Assembly: GCA_963814315.1 (NCBI GenBank)
Contig: CAWFCG010000001.1
Location: 3,687 to 67,686, forward strand
Source: an uncultured Chloroflexia bacterium
GTDB lineage: Bacteria > Chloroflexota > Limnocylindria > Limnocylindrales > CSP1-4
Length of the DNA: 64,000 nucleotides
Direction of reading: 5' to 3'
Below the pieces are notes generated by a model. The model was not told where the DNA came from. It saw nothing but the letters and a program-made list of their open reading frames with translations, and did not search any database. Each line of letters starts with the position of its first letter. The stretch's first letter is position 1. Shown here piece after piece: positions 39,221 to 49,070 of this stretch. A program made the position numbers and the translations under genes.

Positions 39221-39553
39221 CTATCCCTCGGCGCCGGCGTCCTCAGCTGGATCAGCTGCCGAAGGGCCTTCACCCTCAGCCATCGCATCCGATCCACCGA
39301 ACGCACCAAGTTCCATCTGGATGTAGCCGGGCGTCATCTGGAACGGCAGCTGCTCCTGGACGTTGTCATCCACTCCACCGCCGGGCGGTGGCACGAACTC
39401 CAGCACCACTCGCTCGTCACCCTGGACCAGCGTGTAGGTGATGAGCTGATCGGGTCGCGTCTCGAACTCAAGATGCTCCCAGGACGCCACCGAGAGGCAG
39501 ATCGACAGCGGCGTGAAGAACGATGAGACGTCAGGCCGGTCGGCCACGATGCG
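39221..39553 (-). CDS. Small acidic hypothetical protein (~110 aa)
   Basis: The ORF segment VERIVADRPDVSSFFTPLSICLSVASWEHLEFETRPDQLITYTLVQGDERVVLEFVPPPGG...AEDAGAEG has protein-like composition. The start is uncertain (GTG). No motif recognised. Confidence 0.3.
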   Translation of the reverse strand, partial: RIVADRPDVSSFFTPLSICLSVASWEHLEFETRPDQLITYTLVQGDERVVLEFVPPPGGGVDDNVQEQLPFQMTPGYIQMELGAFGGSDAMAEGEGPSAADPAEDAGAEG

Positions 39554-39845
39554 TTCGACCCAGCCGGTGCCGTGGGAGATCGATCTCCCGCCCCCGCAGA
39601 TAGCGATACGCCACGGTCTGTCGCAACAGCGGGCGCAGCAGGTGATAGATGTCCACGGGGTTCGAAGCCAGACCGGCGTTGACGAAGAACTTCGCCGGTG
39701 GCTCGCTCGACACACACCCTCCCGTAGCACTCGGCCCCATCCGCCAACGGGCCGCCCAAGACGACGATGTTGATGGTATCGCAGCACCGCGGCCTGGATG
39801 TGCCAGCACCGCAGCCGACCGATCCGGTGGCCCTATCATCGCAAC

Positions 39846-40670
39846 GTGATCCTGGCAGTCGATATCGGCAACAGCGCCGCCAAGGCCGCGATCGTCGAGG
39901 GCAGTGCGGTCCTTGAGTCGGGCCGCCTTGACACGTCGGGTGCGGGCAGCGATGACCTGCTCGACGGTTTGCGCGTGCTGGCCGGCACACTCGACCTTGC
40001 GCCGGCCGGCATCATCGCGGTGAGCGTGGTCGATCGTTGGACCGAACGGCTGGAGCGGGCCGCCGATGCGCTGGGCCTGCCGCTCACCGTGGTCGCCGCC
40101 AGCCATATCCCCATCAGCACCGCGCTCGTGCGGCCCGATACCACCGGTACCGATCGACTGCTCGCCGCCTGGGCTGCCTCGACCCTCTACGGCTCACCGG
40201 TGATCGTGGTCGACCTGGGCACGGCCACCACGGTCGATGCGGTCGATGCTGACGGCTTCTTCCAGGGTGGCGCTATCCTGCCCGGCCTGGCCCTCGCCGC
40301 CGACGCGCTCGCCGAAGGGACTTCGCGCCTGCCGCGCGTGGAACTGGGTCTGCCGCGCGACGCCATCGGCGCCGACACCACCACGGCGGTCCAGAGCGGC
40401 ATCGTCATCGGCCACATCGGTGCCGTGCGCGAACTGGCGATGCGGATGGACGCGCGCGTGAACCCGCACGACCCCCGCACGAGACCCACGCGCGTCATCG
40501 TCTGTGGCGGCCATTCCGCTGCTCCCTGGGCAGAGGCCGCGTGGCGCACGGCCGCCTCACCCTCGCTGCCCGTGATCGCCGACGCACTTGAGCCCGACCT
40601 CGTGCTCAAAGGGCTGGGTATGCTCGCCGAGCACATGGGCGCCCGACTGACCACAGGAGCCTCACGATGA
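39846..40670 (+). CDS. coaX: Type III pantothenate kinase
   Basis: N-terminal ILAVDIGNSAAKAA (ASKHA fold PHOSPHATE-1). GTG start. 275 aa. First gene of the CoA/pantothenate cluster. Confidence 0.8.
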   Translation: MILAVDIGNSAAKAAIVEGSAVLESGRLDTSGAGSDDLLDGLRVLAGTLDLAPAGIIAVSVVDRWTERLERAADALGLPLTVVAASHIPISTALVRPDTTGTDRLLAAWAASTLYGSPVIVVDLGTATTVDAVDADGFFQGGAILPGLALAADALAEGTSRLPRVELGLPRDAIGADTTTAVQSGIVIGHIGAVRELAMRMDARVNPHDPRTRPTRVIVCGGHSAAPWAEAAWRTAASPSLPVIADALEPDLVLKGLGMLAEHMGARLTTGASR

Positions 40671-42007
40671 CCGACGAGCTCAAGCTGCCCGATCAGGCCA
40701 CGTTGCCCGACCAGGCCAACGACCGACCGCTTGAAGGTCGCCTGATCCTGCTCGGCGTCACCGGATCCATCGCCGCCTACAAGGCCGCCGAGCTGCTGCG
40801 CGAGCTGATCCGCGCCGGGGCTGAGGTTCAGGTGATGATGAGCGACGCTGCCACGCGTTTCATCGGTGTGCTCACGATGGAGGCGCTGTCCGGTCGTGCC
40901 GTGATGCTCGACCCATTGGAGCTGCAGTCCGACCACCGCATCGGCCACATCGTGGCAGCTGACTTGGCCGATGCCATCCTCATCGCACCGGCCACCGCTC
41001 ACTGGCTGGGCGCCATGGCCCATGGGCTCGCAGGCGACATCCTCACCGCCACCTGCCTGGCCTCGAGCGCGCCGGTCGTGATCGCGCCGGCCATGGATGG
41101 CGACATGTACGCGCATCCAGCGACCGCGGCCAACATCGCCAGGCTTCGTGGCTTCGGCTACACCGTGGTCGATCCGGACAGCGGCTCGCTCGCGTCGGGC
41201 CAGGTCGGCGTCGGTCGACTGGTGGAACTACCCTTGCTGGTGGACGCGGTGGCCCAGGTCGTCGCGGGTCGCCCCGTCCGCCAGCCTGATGCTGAGCAGC
41301 GACCAGCTCGAGTGGAGCCGCAGGTGCATGACCTTGCCGACTGGCACATCGTGGTCAGCGCCGGTGGCACCGCCGAACCCATCGACCCCGTGCGCTACCT
41401 GGGCAACCGCTCCAGCGGCAAGATGGGCATGGCCATCGCCCGAGCCGCCCTGGCGCGCGGCGCGCGCGTGACGCTCATCAAGGGCACCACCACGGTGGAC
41501 CCGCCCGAGGGCGCCAGCGTCATCGGGGCGGAGACCGCCGCGGAGATGCACGATGCCGTGCTCAGCATCCTCGCCACTGCCGACGTGCTCATCATGGCCG
41601 CCGCGGTGGCCGATTTCCGTCCGCTCGCCGCTGCCGAAACCAAGATCTCGCGGACCACGGGCTTGAACCTGCGCCTTGAGCCGACCGACGACATCCTCGC
41701 CGCAGCCGTCCTCCTGACCCGTGCTGCCGGCGACGACCCCGGGCGTCGGCCACTCATCGTGGGCTTCGCTGCCGAGACCGGCTCGCTCGCTCGCGCCCCC
41801 GCGAAGGCCGCCCGCAAGGGCGTTGACTTGCTCGTCGCCAATGATGTCGCCGAGTCCGGGTCGGGTTTCGGCAGTGACAGCAACCGCGTCACCATCATCG
41901 TGCCCGGAGCCGCGCCGGAACCCTGGCCGCAGCTGTCCAAGGATGAGGTCGCCGAGCGCCTGCTGGACCGCATCCTGCGACTGCGGGGCGCGACTGGCGC
42001 AGAATGA
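40667..42007 (+). CDS. coaBC: Bifunctional phosphopantothenoylcysteine decarboxylase / phosphopantothenate--cysteine ligase
   Basis: N-terminal flavoprotein motif LILLGVTGSIAAYKAAELLREL and C-terminal CoaB domain. ATGA overlap with coaX. Confidence 0.85.
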   Translation: MTDELKLPDQATLPDQANDRPLEGRLILLGVTGSIAAYKAAELLRELIRAGAEVQVMMSDAATRFIGVLTMEALSGRAVMLDPLELQSDHRIGHIVAADLADAILIAPATAHWLGAMAHGLAGDILTATCLASSAPVVIAPAMDGDMYAHPATAANIARLRGFGYTVVDPDSGSLASGQVGVGRLVELPLLVDAVAQVVAGRPVRQPDAEQRPARVEPQVHDLADWHIVVSAGGTAEPIDPVRYLGNRSSGKMGMAIARAALARGARVTLIKGTTTVDPPEGASVIGAETAAEMHDAVLSILATADVLIMAAAVADFRPLAAAETKISRTTGLNLRLEPTDDILAAAVLLTRAAGDDPGRRPLIVGFAAETGSLARAPAKAARKGVDLLVANDVAESGSGFGSDSNRVTIIVPGAAPEPWPQLSKDEVAERLLDRILRLRGATGAE

Positions 42008-42011
42008 CCAG

Positions 42012-42920
42012 ATGAGTGCCGCCACTCCGGCTCGCCGGATCACCATCGCTGACATCGCCCGCATGTACGAGGATGGCGAGCGCTTCGCCACCATCACCGC
42101 GTACGACTACCCCACGGCGCGCATCGTCGATGACGCTGGTATCCCGCTCATCCTGGTGGGCGACTCGCTGGGCATGGTCATGCTCGGCTACGACACCACC
42201 GTCCGCGTCAGCATCGACGAGATGCTCCACCACACCCGCGCCGTGGCTCGCGGCGCCAAGCGTGCGCTGGTGGTGGGTGACATGCCCTTCCTCTCCTATG
42301 GGGTCTCACACGAGGTCTCGGTCGAGCACGCGGGTCGGTTCCTATCGGAAGCGTACGCCCAGGCGGTCAAGGTCGAGGGTGGCGTCCGCTCGGCGCGCAC
42401 CATCGAATCCATCGTCAGCAGCGGCATCCCGGTCATGGGGCACATCGGCTTGACGCCACAGGCTGTGAACCAGCTGGGTGGCTTCCGCGTGCAGGGTCGA
42501 ACGAAGGAGTCCGCTCGCAAGCTCATCGCCGACGCGCTGGCGGTGCAGGAATCTGGCGCGTTCGCAGTGGTGCTGGAGCTGGTGCCCGCGGAGCTTGCCC
42601 GCGCCATCACCGAGCGGCTGTCCATCCCCACCATCGGCATCGGTGCCGGTCCGCACACCTCGGCTGAGATCCAGGTGATCACCGATGTGGTGGGCTTGAC
42701 ACAGGGCTTCACGCCACGGCACGCACGTCGCTTCGGCGAGGTCGGCGAGGCCTTCGCGGCCGCGGTGCGCGCCTATCAGGACGCCGTGCTGGGGGGCGAC
42801 TTTCCCGGCGAACCCGAGTCCAGCAGCATGGACCAGGCGATCCTCGACGAGGTGCTGGGACGCAGCCCCCTTGACCGAGCCAGGCCCTCGATGGCCATCC
42901 CGCTCGACCATGACCTGTGA
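42012..42920 (+). CDS. panB: 3-methyl-2-oxobutanoate hydroxymethyltransferase
   Basis: TAYDYPTARIVDDAGIPLILVGDSLGMV and GDMPFLSY motifs. Confidence 0.85.
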   Translation: MSAATPARRITIADIARMYEDGERFATITAYDYPTARIVDDAGIPLILVGDSLGMVMLGYDTTVRVSIDEMLHHTRAVARGAKRALVVGDMPFLSYGVSHEVSVEHAGRFLSEAYAQAVKVEGGVRSARTIESIVSSGIPVMGHIGLTPQAVNQLGGFRVQGRTKESARKLIADALAVQESGAFAVVLELVPAELARAITERLSIPTIGIGAGPHTSAEIQVITDVVGLTQGFTPRHARRFGEVGEAFAAAVRAYQDAVLGGDFPGEPESSSMDQAILDEVLGRSPLDRARPSMAIPLDHDL

Positions 42921-43007
42921 TCGGCCGCTGCGCCGGCCATGATCCCATCGGGCCATCCCGCATGACCAAGCGATGGTGTCAGGCGTGATCCGACCAGCCC
43001 CGTCTGC

Positions 43008-43853
43008 ATGACCCGCGTGCTACACACGCGTGCCGAGTTGCGCGCAGCCATCGCCGACGCGCCCCGACCCATCGGCCTGGTGCCCACGATGGGTTGGCTA
43101 CACGAAGGCCATCGGGCATTGATGCGGCGGGCGCGCAACGAGAACGCTCTGAACGTGGTCACCGTCTTCGTCAACCCACGACAGTTCGACGACGCCTCCG
43201 ACTACACGCAGTACCCGCGCGACACGGAGGCGGACATCGCCATCTGCGCGGCCGAGGGTGTCGACATCGCCTGGATCCCCAGCGTGGACGAGGTCTACCC
43301 GCCGGGGTTCGACACCACCGTCAGCGTCGGCTCCGTGGCGGCACCACTGGAGGGCGCCGCCCGGCCCGGGCATTTCGACGGGGTGGCGACGGTCGTGGCG
43401 ACGCTCTTCGCGCTGGTCGGCGCTGATCGGGCCTATTTCGGCCAGAAGGATGCGCAACAGGTCATGGTCATCACGCGCATGGCCAGCGACCTCGCCTTGC
43501 CCACCCGCGTCATCCCCTGCCCCACCGTACGCGAAGCCGACGGGCTGGCTCTGTCGTCACGCAACGTGCACCTCGCGGACGAGGAGCGAGCGGCGGCACC
43601 GGTCCTCCATCGTGCGCTGCGTGCGGCGCGTGACGCCTATGACGACGGCGAGCGCGAGGGTGAGGTCTTGCGAACCCTGATGACGGAGATCCTGGCCACC
43701 GAGCCGCTGGCGCAGGTGGAGTATGTCTCATGCGCGGATGCCCAGACATTGGCTGAGGTACGACGCATCGGGGGCCCGGTGCTGTTGTCACTCGCCGTCG
43801 CGCTGGGGACGACGAGACTGATCGACAACGAGCTGCTGGGAACGGAGGACTAG
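43008..43853 (+). CDS. panC: Pantoate--beta-alanine ligase
   Basis: LVPTMGWLHEGHRALM (HIGH-like) and FGQKDAQQ motifs. Confidence 0.85.
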   Translation: MTRVLHTRAELRAAIADAPRPIGLVPTMGWLHEGHRALMRRARNENALNVVTVFVNPRQFDDASDYTQYPRDTEADIAICAAEGVDIAWIPSVDEVYPPGFDTTVSVGSVAAPLEGAARPGHFDGVATVVATLFALVGADRAYFGQKDAQQVMVITRMASDLALPTRVIPCPTVREADGLALSSRNVHLADEERAAAPVLHRALRAARDAYDDGEREGEVLRTLMTEILATEPLAQVEYVSCADAQTLAEVRRIGGPVLLSLAVALGTTRLIDNELLGTED

Positions 43854-43855
43854 CC

Positions 43856-44815
43856 ATGCGCATCGCGGCCGCCCAGGTCCACCAGGCATGGGGGCGACCC
43901 GACAGGGGCGCTCAGCGTGTCTGCGAGGTCATCGAACAGGCGGCTGGGGAGAGCGTCGACTTGCTGGCGTTCGGCGAGACGCACCTGGGTGGCTATCCGT
44001 TCTGGATCAGCATGACCGATGGCGCCAGATTCGATGCCGACGACCAGAAGCAGGCCTATGCCTACTACCTCGATGCCGCCGTGGAGCTGGACGGCCCGCA
44101 GTTGCGACTCATCTGCGAGGCGGCCGCCGACCAACACGTCTTCGTCTACCTTGGGATCGCTGAGCGGCGCTCGGATACCGCTCGCGGCAGCGTCTATGCC
44201 ACGCTCGTGGCTATCGATCCCACGCTTGGCATCGTCTCAGCCCACCGCAAGGTGCAGCCGACATACGAGGAACGGCTGGCCTGGGCTGCCGGAGACGGCC
44301 ACGGCTTGCGGGTGCACTCGGTGACGGGGCGCGACGGCGACGTGATGCGCGTCGGTGGGCTCAACTGCTGGGAGAACTGGCTGCCCCAGGCGCGCCTGGC
44401 GATGTATGCCGGTGGCGAGGACATCCACGTCAGTTCGTGGCCGGGAGCCGCGAGCCTGACGAGGGATATCACCCGCTTCATCGGCCGCGAGGGCCGCGTC
44501 TTCTCGCTGGCGGCCGGCAGCCTCATCTCGCGTCGTGACGTGCCAGACGACTTCCCGCTCGCGGCACGACTCGAAGAAGGCGACTGGACCGACGGTGGCG
44601 GTGCCATCGCTGGACCCGATGGCGAGTGGCTGCATGCGCCATCGACCACCGAAGGCCTGGTCATCGCCGATATCGATCCCAGCCGCGTCCGGGAGGAACG
44701 CCAGAACTTCGACCCGACTGGCCACTACGGGCGCCCGGACATCTTCCGCTTGAGCGTAGATCGTCGTCGTCAGGCCGTAGCCAGCTTCAGAGACGATCCT
44801 CAGGTTCGCGACTAG
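43856..44815 (+). CDS. Carbon-nitrogen hydrolase family protein (nitrilase/amidase-like)
   Basis: Catalytic-triad context LLAFGETHLGGYPFW (Glu), ...K..., and GGLNCWENW (Cys). 319 aa. Immediately follows panC. Confidence 0.7.
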   Translation: MRIAAAQVHQAWGRPDRGAQRVCEVIEQAAGESVDLLAFGETHLGGYPFWISMTDGARFDADDQKQAYAYYLDAAVELDGPQLRLICEAAADQHVFVYLGIAERRSDTARGSVYATLVAIDPTLGIVSAHRKVQPTYEERLAWAAGDGHGLRVHSVTGRDGDVMRVGGLNCWENWLPQARLAMYAGGEDIHVSSWPGAASLTRDITRFIGREGRVFSLAAGSLISRRDVPDDFPLAARLEEGDWTDGGGAIAGPDGEWLHAPSTTEGLVIADIDPSRVREERQNFDPTGHYGRPDIFRLSVDRRRQAVASFRDDPQVRD

Positions 44816-46163
44816 CGCCACGCAGGCGCGCTGCGCTGTCGGAGATCTTCGCGAAGCCACGGCGCACCAGTTGCCGCGAGCCGGCCGATCCGGCAGGTGG
44901 CATACCCGCGCTTCCCAGGGGCGCGACGCCGTCGGCGATCTTCAGCAAGCCGCGGCGCATCAGGTGATAGGGTCCGACCGTCGCGTCGGACACAACGGGT
45001 CGATCGAGCCGTTCCAGCAACGCGTCCACGTCGAAGTGCTCGGCCACGACGTGCTTGATGATCTCGATCTTGGAACGGTCCTGCACGTGCGTCTTGACCA
45101 GCAGCCCGTGGATCTGGCTGGCCACGGGATAGATCTCATCGGGCACCAGGAGCGCGAAGATGCCAGCATCCTGCAGCGCGGTGATGTCACCATCGGAGGG
45201 CCAACGACCGTTGGTGAACACGATCCCGGCCAGCAGCAGGGCCTCGGGGTCGTCAGGGACACGTCCGAAACGCGCCCGATTGCGCAGCCGGTCCAGCACC
45301 CCGGGCTCCTGGTTGAGCTGCTTCTGTGTCTCATTGGCCGAGATGATGGTGTGGATGATGTCCTGGCGGTCACCCTGAACGATGAGCAGTGATCCGGGGC
45401 CGACCTTCTCCAGCACGTGGCGTGCCTGACCCGAACCGATGGCGACGTGCTCGATCATCCGGTCCATGTCCTCGCCGTGCGACAACAGCTCGCCCTGCAT
45501 CTGCTCGATCAACATGGTCAGGGTGGGATGACCCAATACCAGTCGATAGGGCAGCACGCCAAGCAGGTCGACGCCGTGGAAGGCGAGGCCTTTGCGCAGT
45601 ACGTCTGGCAGCTCGGGATCGGCATCGACATCGACCTTGTTGATGACGGCACCCACGACGGGCACGCCGTGGCTCGCAAAGAGCGCCTGGTTGAGCACGA
45701 TCTCATCGATGGGCCGGCCGACGCCGCCTTCGCTGATGATGACCACCGGCGCCCCCAGGCGGGCCGCCACATCCGCGTTGGAGAGGCCTATGACCGCTCC
45801 GACGCCAGCGTGGCCGGTGCCCTCGATGATGAGCACGTCGTGGCTCTGGACCAGGTGGGCATGTGCGACATCGATGCGCGACGCCAGGTCCTCGACGACC
45901 TCGCCACGGATGAACCTCTTGGTGAAGCCGCGGGGGATATGCACCGGGCTCATGTCCTGGAGTGCGTCCTCCAGCCCGAAGAGCTCGCGCATGAGGATGG
46001 CGTCTTCGTCGGCCGGGATGTCGTCGACGAGGGCGTAGCGCTGCCCGACGGGCTTGGCGAAGGCGGTCGAGTAGCCGCGGTCGATCAACTCCGCCACGAG
46101 TCCCAGCGCGAATGTCGTCTTGCCGTGGTTTCGGCCGGTGGCCGCGAGGTAGACCTGTCGCAT
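44787..46163 (-). CDS. P-loop NTPase / DRTGG-domain protein (BioD-like, phosphotransacetylase-N-terminal-like) with a tandem C-terminal RRG-KI-D motif
   Basis: Walker A-like GRNHGKTT; central GDRQDII (DRTGG-like). The C-terminus has two 12-aa repeats (LMRRGLLKIADG / LVRRGFAKISDS) encoded by a ~35-nt direct repeat at 44826..44960. Confidence 0.45.
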   Translation of the reverse strand: MRQVYLAATGRNHGKTTFALGLVAELIDRGYSTAFAKPVGQRYALVDDIPADEDAILMRELFGLEDALQDMSPVHIPRGFTKRFIRGEVVEDLASRIDVAHAHLVQSHDVLIIEGTGHAGVGAVIGLSNADVAARLGAPVVIISEGGVGRPIDEIVLNQALFASHGVPVVGAVINKVDVDADPELPDVLRKGLAFHGVDLLGVLPYRLVLGHPTLTMLIEQMQGELLSHGEDMDRMIEHVAIGSGQARHVLEKVGPGSLLIVQGDRQDIIHTIISANETQKQLNQEPGVLDRLRNRARFGRVPDDPEALLLAGIVFTNGRWPSDGDITALQDAGIFALLVPDEIYPVASQIHGLLVKTHVQDRSKIEIIKHVVAEHFDVDALLERLDRPVVSDATVGPYHLMRRGLLKIADGVAPLGSAGMPPAGSAGSRQLVRRGFAKISDSAARLRGASREPEDRL

Positions 46164-46202
46164 GGCACAAGGGTACGGCGCCCGAACGGGTAGCATCGGG
46201 GC

Positions 46203-46826
46203 GTGAATACCGTCGTCTTCGATCTGGGCGGGGTCCTGGTGGACTGGAACCCCCGCTACCTATTACGCAAGGTCATGCCCGGCCGCGAGGCTGAGATGGA
46301 GTCCATCCTGGCCGATGTCCTCAACCACGAGTGGAACCTGCAACGTGATACCGGGGATTCCTGGCCGGATGCCATCGATCGGGCCAAGGCTGAGCACCCG
46401 CAGTGGGCAGACATCTTCGATGCCTACGATCAACGCTGGGCGGAGACGTTGGCTGGTTCACACGAGGACACCGTCGCCATCCTGCACGAGCTCAAGGAAC
46501 GTGAGGTTCCGCTGCTGGCCCTGAGCAACTGGTCAGGCGCGAAGTTCCACCATGCCGAGGAGAAGTTCGACTGGCTGCAGGACTTCGACGGTGTCGTCGT
46601 CTCCGGCCGAGTCGGCCTCATCAAGCCGAACCGCGACATCTTCGAATACCTGATGGAGGCTCACAGCCTCCAAGCAGGAGACATCTTCTTCGTCGATGAC
46701 CACGAGCCCAACATCGTGGCGGCACGCTCCTACGGCATCCATAGCCACCACTTCACCGACGCGCCGTCCTTGCGCGCCGAGCTGGTGGCCGAGGGCCTCC
46801 TGGACGAGGTCGAATCGAGCGCCTGA
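46203..46826 (+). CDS. HAD-superfamily hydrolase, subfamily IA
   Basis: Motif I VVFDLGGVLVDW; motif IV FFVDDHEPNI. Confidence 0.7.
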   Translation: MNTVVFDLGGVLVDWNPRYLLRKVMPGREAEMESILADVLNHEWNLQRDTGDSWPDAIDRAKAEHPQWADIFDAYDQRWAETLAGSHEDTVAILHELKEREVPLLALSNWSGAKFHHAEEKFDWLQDFDGVVVSGRVGLIKPNRDIFEYLMEAHSLQAGDIFFVDDHEPNIVAARSYGIHSHHFTDAPSLRAELVAEGLLDEVESSA

Positions 46827-46928
46827 CCCTACTGCTCATCAGTGGTGGTGGTCGATCACACAGTGCGCCGGTTCTGGTTTCTCCCAGCGTCGTGACCCCC
46901 GCGACGCGTCAGGCAGGGAGAAGCAGGT

Positions 46929-47439
46929 ATGCACAAGCTTCGCAGGACCATCGTCGTCGCCTCGCTGACGGCAATGGCGATCAGCGCGCTGGCGGCGCCA
47001 TCGTCGGCGCTCGTCGGCAAGGGCACCATCGGCGTCGTCAACGGGATTCCCGGGCAGCGGGTCGACATCTGTATCAACGGCAAGGAGATCCGCGGCAACG
47101 TCGACTACGGCGGTCGCACCTCCAAGACGATCAACTCGGGCATCAAGAGCATCAAGGTCTACAAGGCCGACCCGCGCAAGTGCAAGGGCGTGAAGGTGGC
47201 GCAGACGGTCATCGACCTGGGTGCCTTGGCGGTTCCGCTATCGGTTCTGGACAGCGAGCCCGGAAACGCCGGTCGGGCACGCGGCGAACCCGCTCTGGCA
47301 GGAGGGGAACGAAGTGTTTGCCATCAAGAAGGTCTCCCTCAAGGAGAGCCGACGCTACGAGTGGTACCTGCTGGGCACCAAGGCCAAGAACGCCAAGCTC
47401 GTCGTCTGGGAACGCCCAGTCACAGTACCCGAGCTGTAA
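46929..47439 (+). pseudogene. Decayed paralog of the downstream secreted protein: intact signal peptide and first ~100 codons, then two internal deletions and a frame change
   Basis: Nt 46847..47232 are near-identical to 47617..48002. The 3' end (47221..47439, a different frame) encodes ...ETPVGHAANPLWQEGN...AIKKVSLKESRRYEWYLLGTKAKNAKLVVWER, matching the C-terminus of the 47699..48418 product. Confidence 0.6.
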
Positions 47440-47698
47440 CGATCCCCAATTCCGTTGCTCGGAGGACAGGGTCGAAGGGACCGGTCCTTCGTGACGGCTC
47501 CGGATGGGTGTTCCAGGGTAAAGGGGGCGATCGGCCACTCGCCACTGACGACCGGACCCAATCTGTCGCCGGCGTCGACGGACTCGTCGGCTATATGCCT
47601 GGTAGCCGATGGTGGGGGTGGTCGATCACACAGTGCGCCGGTTATGGTTTCTCCCAGCGTCGTGACCCCCGCGACGCGTCAGGCAGGGAGAAGCAGGT

Positions 47699-48418
47699 AT
47701 GCACAAGCTTCGCAGGACCATCGTCGTCGCCTCGCTGACGGCAATGGCGATCAGCGCGCTGGCGGCGCCATCGTCGGCGCTCGTCGGCAAGGGCACCATC
47801 GGCGTCGTCAACGGGATTCCCGGGCAGCGGGTCGACATCTGTATCAACGGCAAGGAGATCCGCGGCAACGTCGACTACGGCGGTCGCACCTCCAAGACGA
47901 TCAACTCGGGCATCAAGAGCATCAAGGTCTACAAGGCCGACCCGCGCAAGTGCAAGGGCGTGAAGGTGGCGCAGACGGTCATCGACCTGGGTGCCTTGGC
48001 GGACTGGACGCTGGTCGTCAACAAGCAGGCACCCAAGGTCGTCAAGTTCGACAACGTCGGGATGGGTACGATCCCACCGGATGGGCTGCCCCTTCCCATC
48101 GCCTACTTCATGTGGCGCCATGCAGCGGACCTGGGCGCGGTGAACTTCCACTACCGCGCCTGGATGGCCACCCCGGAGACGCCGGTCGGACCTGCCGCGA
48201 ACCCGCTCTGGCAGGAAGGGAACCAGATCGGATCGGCCTCAGGGCCAGGTAGCATCTGGCAACTTCGCATCACCCGACCGGACCAAGCCAAGACGCTGGC
48301 CATCAAGAAGGTCACCTTCAAGGAAAGCCGACGCTACGAGTGGTACCTGCTGGGCACCACGGCCAAGAACGCGAAGCTCGTGGTCTGGGAGCGCCGCATC
48401 TCGCAGCCGGTTCCGTAG
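47699..48418 (+). CDS. Secreted hypothetical protein (239 aa), intact copy of a tandem paralog pair
   Basis: Signal peptide MHKLRRTIVVASLTAMAISALAAPSSA. No known catalytic motif. Confidence 0.6.
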   Translation: MHKLRRTIVVASLTAMAISALAAPSSALVGKGTIGVVNGIPGQRVDICINGKEIRGNVDYGGRTSKTINSGIKSIKVYKADPRKCKGVKVAQTVIDLGALADWTLVVNKQAPKVVKFDNVGMGTIPPDGLPLPIAYFMWRHAADLGAVNFHYRAWMATPETPVGPAANPLWQEGNQIGSASGPGSIWQLRITRPDQAKTLAIKKVTFKESRRYEWYLLGTTAKNAKLVVWERRISQPVP

Positions 48419-48422
48419 CGGC

Positions 48423-49040
48423 CTAGCGGCCGCGTGAGGCCAGCTGGCGCTCCAATCGATCGAGACCCTCGCGTAGCCGCGCGAGGGTCTCCTCGTCGAT
48501 AGTGTCCTCCGATGTGTGCGGGCCCAACTGCTCAAGGATGTCAGCGATGAGCCCGTAGAAGACGTGCGCATCGGCCAGGAAGAACTGCGGCTCATTGTTG
48601 TAGCGAACCAGCGTTAGACGGCCCTGCAGCACACGCCGTTCGTCCATGTTGGCGATCTGGGTGGCGAAGTCGTGGCCCTGGATGCCGTCGGGGTTGTTGA
48701 GGAAGTTGAGGGCGTTGTCGATGGCCAACCCAAAACGCGCGCGCCAGGCTCGTAGCCGCTCCAGCGCATCGGGTGCCACGCGCACCTCCGCCACCTGGTC
48801 GAAGACCTCCGGGCTGACCGTGAGCAGACCCACCAGCGTGGTGCCGGGTCGGGCACCCAGCATCACTTGTAGCGAACGCTCCAGGGTGAACACCTCGGAA
48901 TCGAAGCGCGGGCTGGTGATGACGTCGGTCAAAAGGTCCTCCACGTTGTCGAGCGCACCCGGCTCAGCCAGCGCCTCGGCCAATTGGAGGACTTCCTCCT
49001 TGAAGAGGAACTGCTCCTCGTGATCGAGCTGGTCGGTCAT
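48423..49040 (-). CDS. Acidic hypothetical protein (205 aa) immediately downstream of gdh
   Basis: Uninterrupted ORF with high coding-like third-position GC. No recognisable family. Confidence 0.45.
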   Translation of the reverse strand: MTDQLDHEEQFLFKEEVLQLAEALAEPGALDNVEDLLTDVITSPRFDSEVFTLERSLQVMLGARPGTTLVGLLTVSPEVFDQVAEVRVAPDALERLRAWRARFGLAIDNALNFLNNPDGIQGHDFATQIANMDERRVLQGRLTLVRYNNEPQFFLADAHVFYGLIADILEQLGPHTSEDTIDEETLARLREGLDRLERQLASRGR

Positions 49041-49070
49041 CTGCGATCTTCCTTCGGGTTGAGGACCTGG

